Shown here: positions 63,332-64,000 of the stretch, piece by piece
How the letters are laid out: each line of letters starts with the position of its first letter
Position numbering within the stretch: position 1 is the first letter of the stretch
Source: Tetramitus jugosus
Lineage: Eukaryota > Protista > Heterolobosea
NCBI GenBank assembly: GCA_937625935.1
Contig: OW569377.1
Span: 248,001 to 312,000 of the forward strand
DNA: 64,000 nt
Direction: 5' to 3'
Made by a program: the position numbers and the translations under genes
Notes under the pieces: generated by a model
What the model was told of the DNA's origin: nothing
The model's input: only the letters and a program-made list of their open reading frames with translations
Databases searched by the model: none

Positions 63332-64000
63332 ATGAAAAGAAAACTCGAATCAATATGTCCTGATGATGATAATCTTCGAAGTGGAGGTACTCCCCCAATG
63401 ATGACTACAACAAGAACATCAACCATTATCCCACCTCATGGCTTACCAACACCATTTATCAGCAATTTTCACATTGCCTCAGGAGACCAACAACCATTTG
63501 CTAACAACAACAATAACTTGTTGTCAGCAGGTCATTCCATGATGCTTCAAAGTGCTACTGCTACTATGAATCAACAACAACAACAACAACAACAACAATC
63601 ATTTCAATTCACTTCGCTTGGAGCTCCTCCTCAGCAACTGATATCCTCTTCAGTAGTCAATCATCACTCTCTACCGACTCCACCTCATTGGCCAATGACT
63701 ACGACTGTTGTTGCACCCGTACTGCAACAACAGCAACAACAACAAGCAAATCATTGGGTATTACCAACACTATCACATTTCCAACAACAACAACAACCAC
63801 AATTGAATCATCTTCCTCAGTACTCTCAGTATCATCATCATCACCAAGGTCCTCAACTCTATGCTTCATCACCACCGTTTCAACAAGCAATGATATCACC
63901 TAACATGCAAATACCATCATTTGCATTCACTGGGGCAGCACCAGTGGCACAAATTTTTCCAATCTCGTCTTTCCAAATGCCATTCATCCAACCTGAGAGA
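63332..64000 (+). CDS. Partial Gln/His-rich protein running off the right edge
   Basis: Frame open from ATG AAA AGA AAA CTC (MKRKLESICPDDDN...) through poly-Q/H tracts. Confidence 0.55.
   Translation, partial: MKRKLESICPDDDNLRSGGTPPMMTTTRTSTIIPPHGLPTPFISNFHIASGDQQPFANNNNNLLSAGHSMMLQSATATMNQQQQQQQQQSFQFTSLGAPPQQLISSSVVNHHSLPTPPHWPMTTTVVAPVLQQQQQQQANHWVLPTLSHFQQQQQPQLNHLPQYSQYHHHHQGPQLYASSPPFQQAMISPNMQIPSFAFTGAAPVAQIFPISSFQMPFIQPER

Overview
Gene-dense eukaryotic (protist) chromosomal DNA with short GT-AG introns (~65-135 nt), tiny intergenic gaps and many poly-N/Q/T/S tracts. The gene content is consistent with a heterolobosean-like amoeboflagellate (inference only). About 30 protein-coding genes are present, including a SET/PHD methyltransferase, two MAPEG paralogues, an atypical G-alpha, a hybrid His kinase, CEPT, CFAP410, a kinase-F-box-WD40 protein, DMC1, a PTEN-type formin, Nop4/RBM28, a Cys-rich/VWA-RhoGEF, FKBP-TPR, DEP-RGS, RJL GTPase, FERM-LRR and a peroxisomal 4CL-like ligase. 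There are three tRNA genes (Arg-TCT, intron-containing Cys-GCA, Glu-CTC) and two identical dispersed 5S rRNA genes. The standout feature is a tRNA-gene-targeted non-LTR retrotransposon system. All copies lie head-to-head with a tRNA gene, and the priming nick sits 29-30 nt upstream of the mature tRNA at both young loci. The system comprises: (i) a ~5.3 kb element with intact APE-RT-CCHC ORF2 but a frameshifted ORF1; (ii) a ~1.33 kb ORF1-only non-autonomous partner, present twice with intact ORFs, poly(A) tails and TSDs, sharing only terminal motifs and a 3' hairpin with the long element; (iii) an older degenerate 3' fragment of a related family. Three elements are stacked upstream of tRNA-Glu and one lies upstream of tRNA-Arg.
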